This document shows, in pieces, positions 39,863 through 49,739 of a stretch of 64,000 nt of DNA. Within the stretch, counting starts at the first letter, position 1. Each line of letters opens with the position of its first letter. The notes beneath the pieces were generated by a model. That model saw nothing but the letters and a program-made list of their open reading frames with translations, was not told the DNA's origin and ran no database searches. The stretch covers positions 113 through 64,112 of the forward strand of contig CALXBO010000006.1 in NCBI GenBank assembly GCA_944386565.1. The letters run 5' to 3'. The stretch comes from an uncultured Ruthenibacterium sp. GTDB lineage: Bacteria > Bacillota > Clostridia > Oscillospirales > Ruminococcaceae. A program made the position numbers and the translations under genes.

Positions 39863-39962
39863 TGACAATGATATTTGTCAAATTTCCTATTGACAAATAT
39901 CGTTGTCATTTTTATACTGGGTATGACAAATAAAGTTGTCAGAATGACGCGGAACATTGTCA
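39863..39962. promoter_or_regulatory. Array of four 18-bp palindromic operators TGACAA-N6-TTGTCA
   Basis: Sites at 39863-39880, 39891-39908 and 39924-39941 are perfect half-site matches. Site 39945-39962 is degenerate (TGACGC-N6-TTGTCA). The array lies directly upstream of an XRE-family HTH gene. Confidence 0.75.
39890..39918 (+). promoter_or_regulatory. Near-consensus sigma-A promoter TTGACA-17-TATACT
   Basis: The -35 box is at 39890-39895 and the -10 box at 39913-39918. Operator 2 covers the -35 box and the spacer. Confidence 0.7.
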
Positions 39963-39977
39963 GAAAGGAGAGGGCAT

Positions 39978-40190
39978 ATGCCGCTGGAAAACCGTCTGAA
40001 AGAACTGCGCGCATCCCGTTCGCTGAATCAGCAGCAGCTGGGCGAACTGGTGGGTGCATCGCGGCAGACGATCAGCCTGATCGAGCGGGGCGACTACAAT
40101 CCGTCCGTCACGCTGGCCATCCGCATTGCGCGCGTATTCGGAAAACCCGTAGAGGAAGTCTTTACACTTTCGGAGGAGGAGACGACATGA
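39978..40190 (+). CDS. XRE-family helix-turn-helix transcriptional regulator
   Basis: About 70 aa containing LKELRASRSLNQQQLGELVGASRQTISLIERGDYNPSVTLAIRIARVF. A GGAGAGGG RBS precedes ATG 39978. Confidence 0.85.
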   Translation: MPLENRLKELRASRSLNQQQLGELVGASRQTISLIERGDYNPSVTLAIRIARVFGKPVEEVFTLSEEETT

Positions 40191-40939
40191 ACCGTCAGAG
40201 AGAACAGGTCAAAAAGGGGACGTATGTGAAATTTGCATTGATCCTGATATGCTGCGCACTTCTCGGTGCGGGTGCGAGCATTGTGGTGATGGATCATTTC
40301 GACGCACTGCTGCAGGCGGGCGATCTGGTGAACGCATGGTTGCCCACCTTAGGGGTGGCGATGTTTGCGGCCGGGTTTGTATTCTGCGCTGTGGGGACGT
40401 GGCTGTGCGCCCGCGGCTCGGCACTTGTGGCGCGCGCTCAGGAGGACGACGACGCCTTCGAGGAGGCCGACCGTCTGCTCTGCATCGCGACGGTTCTTTC
40501 GTCCGCCGGGTTTCCGTGGGGCATTGTGGCGATGGGAGTGGCCGGCCCGGTCCTGAGTACGGCAGCCAGCGGGTCCTTTCTGCTCGGTGCGTTTGCCGTG
40601 CAGCTTGTATGGATCATGGCACTGCAGGCGAAGGCGGTCGGTGCGGTAAAGCGTCTGATGCCCGAAAAGCGCGGCAATGTCTTTGACGTCAATTTCCGGA
40701 AAGACTGGTACGCGAGCTGCGACGAAGCGGAAAAGCAGCGCATTGCGGAATGCAGTTATTTTACGTTCCGCGTCATGAACGGCGTGTACGCGGCGGCTGC
40801 AATTCTGATTTTCATGGGCACGGCGGCAGGCTTTTTCCAGCCGCTCGTGATGCTTCTGGTGGGTGCACTGTGGCTGACACACATCATGAGCTATCTGTGT
40901 CGTGCCTATCAGATGGATCACGGCAAAAAACGCCGCTGA
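40187..40939 (+). CDS. DUF3169-like polytopic membrane protein
   Basis: About 250 aa with 5-6 predicted TM helices. ATGA start/stop overlap with the XRE gene, a gene pairing typical of DUF3169. The family call is from memory, not from an HMM. Confidence 0.6.
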   Translation: MNRQREQVKKGTYVKFALILICCALLGAGASIVVMDHFDALLQAGDLVNAWLPTLGVAMFAAGFVFCAVGTWLCARGSALVARAQEDDDAFEEADRLLCIATVLSSAGFPWGIVAMGVAGPVLSTAASGSFLLGAFAVQLVWIMALQAKAVGAVKRLMPEKRGNVFDVNFRKDWYASCDEAEKQRIAECSYFTFRVMNGVYAAAAILIFMGTAAGFFQPLVMLLVGALWLTHIMSYLCRAYQMDHGKKRR

Positions 40940-40964
40940 CAGCGGATGCGGGGAGGAAAATAGA

Positions 40965-42014
40965 ATGGGAGAATGGACGAAGCAGGAGAAGAAAAGCCTT
41001 TTGATTTTTGGGCTGACGGCATTTGCTCTGCCGTATGCACTGGGCATCGTGATGGGCCTGAGCTTCTTTTCGGGAAATGACGTGAGCGTCTTTCCGAGTA
41101 TGCAGATGTACGCCCCGGCGGCGGGTGCGATTCTTGCCATGATGTTCACACACAAGGGCGACCGGAACATGCCGCGCAAGTTTTTCATCTGTATTCTGAC
41201 GGTGTCGGTGCTGATGGTCCTGTGCGCGGTCGGCAGCGCCGTGGTGCCGGACGCAGGTCTGTGGCTTGCGGGCTCCAATCTGGTGATGATCGCCGGTTCG
41301 CTCGCCGCATGGGTGTTCTACTTTCTGGACGGAAAAGAGCGCCGCAAAGCGTACGGTCTCCGCTTGACGGGGACCGGCGGCACAAACCCGCTGTGGATCG
41401 TGCTTCTGTTCATCGCACTGTATTTTGTCCGCGTGTTCGGCATCAGTGCGCTTTGGACACTGCTGGACCCCTCTGCGGCCGCGGCGGCGCAGGGAGAAGT
41501 GGACGCGGTGACATTCTGGATCAATCTTCTGACGATGCCGCTCAGCTTCCTGCTGGCGTTTACACCGTTCTTCGGGGAAGAGTACGGCTGGCGCGGCTTC
41601 CTGCAGCCGCTTCTCCAGAAGCGCTTCGGCCCGCGCGCGGGAGTAATCGTTCTGGGCGTGCTGTGGGGCGTCTGGCATCTGCCGATCAACGTGTTCTATT
41701 ACAGCCCCGAGACATGGCACTTCAGCCTTTTGCAGCAGATTTTTGTGTGCATCAGTTACAGCGTGTTCTTCGGTTTTGCGTATGCCAAGACGAAAAGTAT
41801 CTGGACGGCGGTCATCATCCACTTTTTCAACAACAACGCCATCCTCCTGTTTGCGGCGCCCGACGCCATCAGCAATCAGGTGCTGGATACGATGAGCGTT
41901 GCGCTGAATCTGATCGTGATGTGCGTGCTGTACCTGCCGTTCCTGCTTTCCCAAACATTCCGGACGGGAGTTTCCGCGCTGCCGCAGACGCAGCCGGAAC
42001 TTTCCGAACAATAA
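40965..42014 (+). CDS. CPBP-family intramembrane glutamic endopeptidase (CAAX/Abi)
   Basis: Polytopic, with the EEYGWRGFLQP motif (EExxxR), a conserved HLPIN histidine and a distal FFNN motif. A GGGAGG RBS is present. Confidence 0.8.
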   Translation: MGEWTKQEKKSLLIFGLTAFALPYALGIVMGLSFFSGNDVSVFPSMQMYAPAAGAILAMMFTHKGDRNMPRKFFICILTVSVLMVLCAVGSAVVPDAGLWLAGSNLVMIAGSLAAWVFYFLDGKERRKAYGLRLTGTGGTNPLWIVLLFIALYFVRVFGISALWTLLDPSAAAAAQGEVDAVTFWINLLTMPLSFLLAFTPFFGEEYGWRGFLQPLLQKRFGPRAGVIVLGVLWGVWHLPINVFYYSPETWHFSLLQQIFVCISYSVFFGFAYAKTKSIWTAVIIHFFNNNAILLFAAPDAISNQVLDTMSVALNLIVMCVLYLPFLLSQTFRTGVSALPQTQPELSEQ

Positions 42015-42047
42015 AAAACAGCCCGGCCGGACTGCCGGGCTGTTTTT
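42014..42047. terminator. Bidirectional Rho-independent terminator
   Basis: AAAAA-CAGCCCGGC-cggact-GCCGGGCTG-TTTTT, between convergent genes. Confidence 0.9.
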
Positions 42048-42060
42048 ATGCTGTAAAAGT

Positions 42061-43194
42061 TCAGGACGCAGACACGATGCGGGAACCGAAGAACGTATCG
42101 GAGCAGAACGCGTCAAAGCTGTACAGGAACAGGATGCTGTCATACTGTCCCTCGGAGAGGATCTGCTCCACCTTGGAGACATTTTCACGGAAATCAACAA
42201 CGGCGATCGTCTCGTAGTTCGCGGTCAGATAGGGCACAAAGCTGTTGGCGTAGCTGTCCTTGATGACAAGGACGCTGCCCTCACCGTCGCCTTTCAGAAC
42301 GGAGAACGCGTTGTTGCCGTGCAGGAACGCGGCGTATTTATCGCGCGTTTCGAGCTTGGCTTCGTCCATGATGCCCGTCTCCTGTACCGCGCCGTCCGCG
42401 CCGGTGATGCTCAGCGCGTTCGGAAGATCGTAATACGTCAGCACGTCGGGGACGACGTCCCAGTTGCGCGCCTTGGAATAGCTTGTTCCGTAGAATCCGT
42501 CCACGGACACCGAGGGAACGGCAGTGGTGTCAAACAGGGTGGTGAGCCCGCGCGACGCGGCGTAGGCTTCGTACGCATAGTATGCGCCCTGCGCAGTCCA
42601 GTGGTGGTCGGTGCGGTAGTAGATATATTCCTCGGCGTGCGGCAGAAGCGTCTCGCGCAGGTCGATCACATTGGCCGTTGCGCTGAGCGTGTCGCGGATC
42701 TCATCGAGATAGGCGTCCTCGTCCACGAGCGGCGCGTCAAAGGGGAGACGGTCGCGCATGATGAGACTCGACGTCGGGACGATCATCACGTCCACCATGC
42801 CGGGATGGCGCTCGCACATCGCCTTCAGCGCTTCGAGGTTTTTCTGATACTGCTTGTCGTCCACCGTCATCAGAGCGGGGAAGAGGTAGCCATCCTTGCC
42901 GTACCAGATGTCATTGTTCTCCGTTTTCAGAAGCATGGATTCCGCACGGCTCTTGAGGTCGATCCACGAGTCGCGCAGTGCAAACTGGTCTTTTGTGTAG
43001 TTCTCGTATTTCTGCATCCACTCGTTGGAGATGATCCCGGAGAGCGTCACGGCGGGGAACTGCTGCAGTTTCCGGTTTTCCAGTTCCGATTCCGCGCGCT
43101 TGGGCCAGAGGGCGTCCAGCACGGCGAAGCCGAACAGAAACACAAAGAACAGGATGACGACGGGATATTGCTTGAGCTGTTTCCAGAAATTCAT
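42061..43194 (-). CDS. DHHW-family protein (AlgJ/AlgX/DltD-like SGNH partner of MBOAT)
   Basis: N-terminal signal-anchor and the YYRTDHHWT motif. ATG 43194 has a GAGGAGG RBS. Confidence 0.8.
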   Translation of the reverse strand: MNFWKQLKQYPVVILFFVFLFGFAVLDALWPKRAESELENRKLQQFPAVTLSGIISNEWMQKYENYTKDQFALRDSWIDLKSRAESMLLKTENNDIWYGKDGYLFPALMTVDDKQYQKNLEALKAMCERHPGMVDVMIVPTSSLIMRDRLPFDAPLVDEDAYLDEIRDTLSATANVIDLRETLLPHAEEYIYYRTDHHWTAQGAYYAYEAYAASRGLTTLFDTTAVPSVSVDGFYGTSYSKARNWDVVPDVLTYYDLPNALSITGADGAVQETGIMDEAKLETRDKYAAFLHGNNAFSVLKGDGEGSVLVIKDSYANSFVPYLTANYETIAVVDFRENVSKVEQILSEGQYDSILFLYSFDAFCSDTFFGSRIVSAS

Positions 43195-43210
43195 ATCGTC
43201 ATGCCTCCTC

Positions 43211-44605
43211 TCAGAATCGGAAATACAGGAACGGGCTGCTTGTGGCGTCCACCATATAGGCGATCGTGACCACGAGCACAACGCTGAGCGTCAGCCCGCG
43301 CAGCACGGTGTTTTCTTCGAGTGCGCGCTTGCATTTGAGCGTCAGGCTCGTGCAGGAGAACACACATACCGCCAGCAACACGGCGTAGTTGCGCAGGAAG
43401 TACAGTGCCGAAACGCCGCCGGAGGGAATGAACATCTTCTGCAAAAGCAGGGGGAGCGTCACGCCGGAGTCGCTTCCGACGAACAGCGCCCAGCCGATGA
43501 TGACGAGCAGCATCGTGTAGATGTGCGGCCAGACGCGGCCTTTTTTCAGGTGCGGGAGCAGCCAGACCTTTTCGATCATCAGAAGAACGAAGAAATAAAG
43601 GCCCCAGAAGATGAAGTTCCAGTTCGCGCCGTGCCAGAAGCCCGTCAGGAACCACACGATGAAGATGTTCAGAATCTGACGGCGCAGGCCGCGGCGGTTG
43701 CCGCCGAGCGGGATGTAGACGTACTCACGGAACCAGCTCGACAGCGTGATGTGCCAGCGGCGCCAGAACTCCGTGATGCTCTTGGAGACATACGGCAGGT
43801 TGAAGTTGTCCGGGAAGTCGAAGCCCAGCATCTTGCCCATGCCGATGCCCATCATCGAGTAGCCCGAGAAATCGAAATAAATCTGGAACGTGTAGGCGAT
43901 GATGCCGAGCCACACCAGCGGCGTGGAGGCGTTGGCGAGACCGACACCGCTCTCGCCGACAACATCGTACCACAGTGCGCTGATGCCGTCGGCCAGAAGC
44001 ACTTTCTTTGCAAGACCGAAGATGAACAGCGTGATGCCCTCGTTCACACGGTCAAGCGTGACGCGCCCTTTCAGCACGTGCAGGCGCTCGGCGACGTCGC
44101 GGTATTTGACGATCGGTCCCGCGATGAGCTGCGGGAACATGACGACGTAAGCGCCGAAGTTGATGATGTTGTGCTCGGTTTTGACGTCGCGCCGGTATAC
44201 GTCGATGGAATAGCTCATCGTCTGGAACGTGTAGAAGCTGATGCCGAGGGGGAGCGTCAGTTTCAAAAGCGGGATGCTCGTGCCCGCCACCGCGTTGATG
44301 TTGCGGATGAAGAAATCGGTGTATTTGAAGAAGAAGAGCATCCCGAGGCTGATGATGACGCTGAACAGAAGGAAAAACATCCGCACACGGGAATTCTGCT
44401 CCCATTTCTCCATGCCGAGACCCGCGATATAGTTGACGAGGATCAGCGCGGCCATCACCGGGAACAGCTTGACTTCGCCCCACGAATAGAACACAAGGCT
44501 GCACACGAACAGCACCGTGTTTTTCAGCTTGGCCGGGACGATGTAGTACAGCGCGAGCGTGATCGGGAGAAACCGGAACAAAAACAGGATCGTGCTGAAA
44601 ACCAT
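43211..44605 (-). CDS. MBOAT-family membrane-bound O-acyltransferase (AlgI/DltB-like)
   Basis: 464 aa, polytopic, with FWRRWHITLSSWFREYVYIPLGGNR containing the conserved His, and FWHGANW. Confidence 0.9.
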   Translation of the reverse strand: MVFSTILFLFRFLPITLALYYIVPAKLKNTVLFVCSLVFYSWGEVKLFPVMAALILVNYIAGLGMEKWEQNSRVRMFFLLFSVIISLGMLFFFKYTDFFIRNINAVAGTSIPLLKLTLPLGISFYTFQTMSYSIDVYRRDVKTEHNIINFGAYVVMFPQLIAGPIVKYRDVAERLHVLKGRVTLDRVNEGITLFIFGLAKKVLLADGISALWYDVVGESGVGLANASTPLVWLGIIAYTFQIYFDFSGYSMMGIGMGKMLGFDFPDNFNLPYVSKSITEFWRRWHITLSSWFREYVYIPLGGNRRGLRRQILNIFIVWFLTGFWHGANWNFIFWGLYFFVLLMIEKVWLLPHLKKGRVWPHIYTMLLVIIGWALFVGSDSGVTLPLLLQKMFIPSGGVSALYFLRNYAVLLAVCVFSCTSLTLKCKRALEENTVLRGLTLSVVLVVTIAYMVDATSSPFLYFRF

Positions 44606-44632
44606 AATTCACCTCAACGGTTTACATATCTC

Positions 44633-44666
44633 AAAAAGAAAGCCGGTATCCGACCGGGATACCGGC
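44633..44666 (-). terminator. Intra-operon terminator-like hairpin between the DUF4358 and MBOAT genes
   Basis: On the minus strand: GCCGGTATCC-cggtc-GGATACCGGC followed by TTTCTTTTT. It lies 25 nt after the DUF4358 stop and about 28 nt before the MBOAT start. Confidence 0.55.
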
Positions 44667-44690
44667 TGCCGATTCCAAATGAATGCGGGA

Positions 44691-45164
44691 TCAGGCAAAT
44701 GCGGCTTCGATGGCCTCGTCCACAGCGGTATAATCCATGCCTTCGTTGGCCATCACGAGAATCACATAGTCGCCGCTCGCGACCACGCGGGCCTGTTCGG
44801 CCTGCGCCTTGGCGCCTGCAAACTCCTCATAGTTGCCGAGAAACTCAGCGCGGGAGGTCACATAAGACTGAAGTTCCGTCTTGACGTCCTCGCCCTTACC
44901 GCTCACGGCCTTGACGACCAACACGCGGCCGGAAGCGCCGTTCACGTTTTCCGTTTTACCTGCGAACGAATCGATGTTTTCCATCGTCAGGCCCATATCG
45001 TAGTTCAGGTCCTCTTCCGTGAGATCCACAGGGTCGGTCAGACCGGCGGAAGCCTCAACGGCAGACAGCAGTTCCTGTATATCATACGTTTTCTTACCTG
45101 AGCACGCGCACAGGCATACAAGCGCAAGACAGGCGGCCAAAACGACGGCAATGTACTTTTTCAT
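44691..45164 (-). CDS. DUF4358-like lipoprotein
   Basis: Lipobox LCACSG after a signal peptide (MKKYIAVVLAACLALVCLCACSG). 157 aa, the first gene of the MBOAT operon. Confidence 0.7.
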   Translation of the reverse strand: MKKYIAVVLAACLALVCLCACSGKKTYDIQELLSAVEASAGLTDPVDLTEEDLNYDMGLTMENIDSFAGKTENVNGASGRVLVVKAVSGKGEDVKTELQSYVTSRAEFLGNYEEFAGAKAQAEQARVVASGDYVILVMANEGMDYTAVDEAIEAAFA

Positions 45165-45364
45165 TTTGTGTTCTTCCTTTCATGCAGGATTCCTCAATAG
45201 TATACTCTAATTCTTATATAGTTGCAAGTGGAATGCTCCGGGGACGCGTCAGATTTTACACATTTTTAATACATTTTTCCGGGATGTGTCCTGGGAAGAG
45301 CATGGGCGGCGCAGACAAGAAATATACCTCCTTTTTCTTATTGAAAAAAATTATCAATAAAGAC

Positions 45365-45393
45365 TTGACATTGGTAGCGAAAGGTGGTATAGT
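45365..45393 (+). promoter_or_regulatory. Near-consensus promoter TTGACA-17-TATAGT upstream of the rubrerythrin gene
   Basis: Read directly from the sequence; it lies about 100 nt upstream of ATG 45494. Confidence 0.65.
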
Positions 45394-45493
45394 TAAGTCA
45401 CAGCAAAGGACAGCCGCCGGTGAGCGGCAGCCTTCAAGAAGCTGACGGAGCAAAAACACAAAAAAATTATGTGATTTACGGAGGTAAATAATT

Positions 45494-46036
45494 ATGGCGA
45501 AATTTGTCTGCACTGTTTGCGGTTATGTTCACGAGGGCGACTCTGCGCCCGAATTCTGCCCGGTCTGCAAGGCCCCGGCTTCCAAGTTCGTCGAGCAGAA
45601 AGGCGAGATGACCTGGGCTGCCGAGCACGTTGTCGGCGTTGCGCAGGGCGTTGATCCCGAGATCATCGAAGGCCTTCGCCAGAACTTCAACGGCGAGTGC
45701 AGCGAGGTCGGCATGTATCTGGCCATGGCCCGCGTTGCCCACCGCGAGGGTTATCCCGAGATCGGCCTGTACTGGGAGAAGGCCGCTTACGAAGAGGCCG
45801 AGCACGCTGCGAAGTTCGCTGAGCTGCTGGGCGAGGTCGTGACGGATTCTACCAAGAAGAACCTCGAGATGCGTGTTGAGGCCGAGAACGGCGCGACCGC
45901 CGGCAAGTTCGAGCTGGCGAAGAAGGCCAAAGAGCAGGGCCTCGACGCCATTCACGACACGGTCCACGAGATGGCCCGCGACGAAGCCCGCCACGGCAAG
46001 GCGTTCGCCGGCCTGCAGGCCCGTTACTTCGGCTAA
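45494..46036 (+). CDS. Reverse rubrerythrin (N-terminal rubredoxin, C-terminal ferritin-like domain)
   Basis: N-terminal CTVCGY...CPVCKAP rubredoxin motif, and ExxH diiron motifs EEAEHAAKF and DEARHGKAF. Confidence 0.9.
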   Translation: MAKFVCTVCGYVHEGDSAPEFCPVCKAPASKFVEQKGEMTWAAEHVVGVAQGVDPEIIEGLRQNFNGECSEVGMYLAMARVAHREGYPEIGLYWEKAAYEEAEHAAKFAELLGEVVTDSTKKNLEMRVEAENGATAGKFELAKKAKEQGLDAIHDTVHEMARDEARHGKAFAGLQARYFG

Positions 46037-46066
46037 TAGCCGGGTGATTCATCGGCGATTCTTCAA

Positions 46067-46102
46067 GGCGGCTGCCGCACATTGCGGCAGCCGCCTTTCT
46101 TT
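46067..46102 (+). terminator. Rho-independent terminator after rubrerythrin
   Basis: GGCGGCTGCCGCA-cat-TGCGGCAGCCGCC followed by TTTCTTT. Confidence 0.85.
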
Positions 46103-46161
46103 GTGCTTGTGCACAGCGCGGCGATACGGTATGATAAAGGAAAGAAGGAAGGTGCGCGGAT

Positions 46162-47118
46162 ATGAAACATGTTTTCATTGTCAATCCCGTCTCGGGCAAG
46201 GCGGATGCCCGGAAGTATCTTGTGCCAAAACTGGAGCAGGCGGCAGAGCAGGCCGGCGTGGACTATGCGGTGGAGACGACGCAGTACAAGGGACATGCCG
46301 TGGACATCGCGCAGACACTGGCGGAGCGGGAAGACGGGCAGGTGCGCCTGTATGCGTGCGGGGGAGACGGGACGCTCAACGAAGTGTTCGAGGGCGTGTA
46401 CCGCTCCGGGCGGCATGCGGAAGTCGCGAGCATTCCGTGCGGGTCAGGAAACGACTATGTGCGAACGTTTGGGCTTCCGCAGGATTTCCTCGATTTCGGC
46501 AGCAGCATCCGCGGAACGGCGATCCCGGTGGATCTGATCGACACGGGGCGGGGAATCTGCGCGGCGCTGTGCTCGGTCGGCATCGACGCGGAGGTGGCGT
46601 ACAACATCCCGAAGTACCGGCGCGTCCCGCTGTGCGGCGGGCAGATGGCGTACAATCTCTCCATCGTGGAGCGCCTGATGCGTCCCATGGGGCGGCGGCT
46701 CCGCATTGAGATCGATGATGAGGTGTTCGAGGGCGAATACCTCATCTGTGCCGTCTGTAACGGGAAGACGTACGGTGGCGGCTACATGGCGGGCCCGGGG
46801 GCGGACGTGCAGGACGGATTGCTCGACGTGGTGTTTGTCAAAAAGATCAGCCGACTGCGCATCGCGGGAGTGCTGAACCTTTATAAAAACGGCCGCCATA
46901 TGAAAGACGGTCAGGTGGTCGAGCAGTTCCGCGACATCATGACGTACCGCCGGGCGAAACGCGTGCACATTCAGCCGACGGACGGCGGCAAGGTGATTGC
47001 CAACATTGACGGTGAGTGCGGTCCGGCGCCGTCGCTCAGCGCGGCCGTGCTGCCGGGGGCTGCGCGCTTTGTCATCCCGGAGCATCTTTTCAACGGTTCG
47101 ACGTATAAAACAGTCTGA
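46162..47118 (+). CDS. Diacylglycerol-kinase-family lipid kinase (YegS/DagK-like)
   Basis: 318 aa with N-terminal FIVNPVSGK and the GGDGTLNEV motif. Confidence 0.85.
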   Translation: MKHVFIVNPVSGKADARKYLVPKLEQAAEQAGVDYAVETTQYKGHAVDIAQTLAEREDGQVRLYACGGDGTLNEVFEGVYRSGRHAEVASIPCGSGNDYVRTFGLPQDFLDFGSSIRGTAIPVDLIDTGRGICAALCSVGIDAEVAYNIPKYRRVPLCGGQMAYNLSIVERLMRPMGRRLRIEIDDEVFEGEYLICAVCNGKTYGGGYMAGPGADVQDGLLDVVFVKKISRLRIAGVLNLYKNGRHMKDGQVVEQFRDIMTYRRAKRVHIQPTDGGKVIANIDGECGPAPSLSAAVLPGAARFVIPEHLFNGSTYKTV

Positions 47119-47175
47119 TTGTTTCCCTCTTTCGAAAAAAAGGCAATGTTCACAAAAAATTTTTATTTTATCCTC

Positions 47176-47203
47176 TTGATTTTTTGTGAAAATGGGTTAC
47201 AAT
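47176..47203 (+). promoter_or_regulatory. groESL promoter candidate TTGATT-16-TACAAT
   Basis: Read directly from the sequence; it sits immediately upstream of CIRCE. Confidence 0.6.
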
Positions 47204-47207
47204 ATAT

Positions 47208-47234
47208 TTAGCACTCAGGAATGAAGAGTGCTAA
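47208..47234 (+). promoter_or_regulatory. CIRCE operator (HrcA binding site)
   Basis: A perfect TTAGCACTC-N9-GAGTGCTAA lies 53 nt upstream of the groES start. Confidence 0.95.
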
Positions 47235-47274
47235 ACAATGAGATCTTGTGATCGGTAAATCATATTTTCTTTAG

Positions 47275-47571
<297 letters not shown>

Positions 47572-47601
47572 TTTTTCCCAGGATATCAAGTGACAGGATA
47601 A

Positions 47602-49260
<1,659 letters not shown>

Positions 49261-49313
49261 GCAACACAAAAAAAGCCTGTAAATAGGCCATTTTTCAGGG
49301 TTGGATAGTCTAA

Positions 49314-49344
49314 CTTACGCCACACTTACGCCAATCTTACGCCA
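49314..49344 (+). repeat. Three direct repeats of CTTACGCCA with 11-bp periodicity
   Basis: Copies at 49314-49322, 49325-49333 and 49336-49344, each separated by 2 nt (ca / at). Confidence 0.9.
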
Positions 49345-49373
49345 AAGAGAAGCGCCGAATAGGTAAATCAAAA

Positions 49374-49411
49374 GGCCGCTATTCACATTTGTGAGTAGCG
49401 GTCTTTGTTGT
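49374..49411 (+). terminator. Rho-independent terminator-like hairpin
   Basis: GGCCGCTATTCAC-attt-GTGAGTAGCGGTC followed by TTTGTTGTT. Confidence 0.65.
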
Positions 49412-49416
49412 TAAAA

Positions 49417-49450
49417 AGCACACTGGGTATCTTTCCAGTGTGCTTTTTTC
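49417..49450 (+). terminator. Rho-independent terminator
   Basis: AGCACACTGG-gtatcttt-CCAGTGTGCT followed by TTTTTT, preceded by AAAAA. Confidence 0.85.
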
Positions 49451-49472
49451 AACGAGAGGAAAGGAGAACCTT

Positions 49473-49685
49473 ATGAAAAGCGGAGTTTTAGTTTATGATC
49501 GCGAGAATGAGCGCATGGATATTCGCTTCGGATTGGAGAACTATTATGGGGGCCTGCACTGCGGCACGACTTTCGACGTTCTGATTGGTCGCCGGTGGAT
49601 ACCCACCCGAATTGAACTGGGGAGAGCCTGGTATCTGGTCGGCATAAAAACAAGTAACCTGGAGGGGTTAAGAGTACGCATCTAA
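49473..49685 (+). CDS. DUF5348-like small protein
   Basis: About 70 aa: MKSGVLVYDRENERMDIRFG...GGLHCGTTFDVLIGRRWIPTRIELGRAWYLVG. AAAGGAG RBS. This family is commonly seen at the ends of Firmicutes ICEs (from memory). Confidence 0.6.
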   Translation: MKSGVLVYDRENERMDIRFGLENYYGGLHCGTTFDVLIGRRWIPTRIELGRAWYLVGIKTSNLEGLRVRI

Positions 49686-49739
49686 ACACACCGTTCCAAA
49701 GATCATCACACCAAACCTACAATCAGGAGGAACCATGAC

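Noticed and set aside
39875-40186. The 5' extension of the 354-aa ORF 39875-40939, spanning the operator array and the XRE gene in another frame.
   Set aside because: The extension covers non-coding operator/promoter DNA and overlaps the clearly real XRE gene. ATG 40187, coupled to the XRE stop, gives the expected membrane protein.
45351-45360. TTATCAATAA palindrome just upstream of the rubrerythrin promoter, as a possible PerR/Fur box.
   Set aside because: It is only a 4+4 bp AT-rich palindrome in AT-rich intergenic DNA, too short and too far from any consensus I can state reliably.
49275-49288. GCCT-gtaaat-AGGC hairpin right after the groEL stop, as the groEL terminator.
   Set aside because: The stem is only 4 bp and too weak for an intrinsic terminator. 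The downstream hairpins at 49374 and 49417 are far better candidates.
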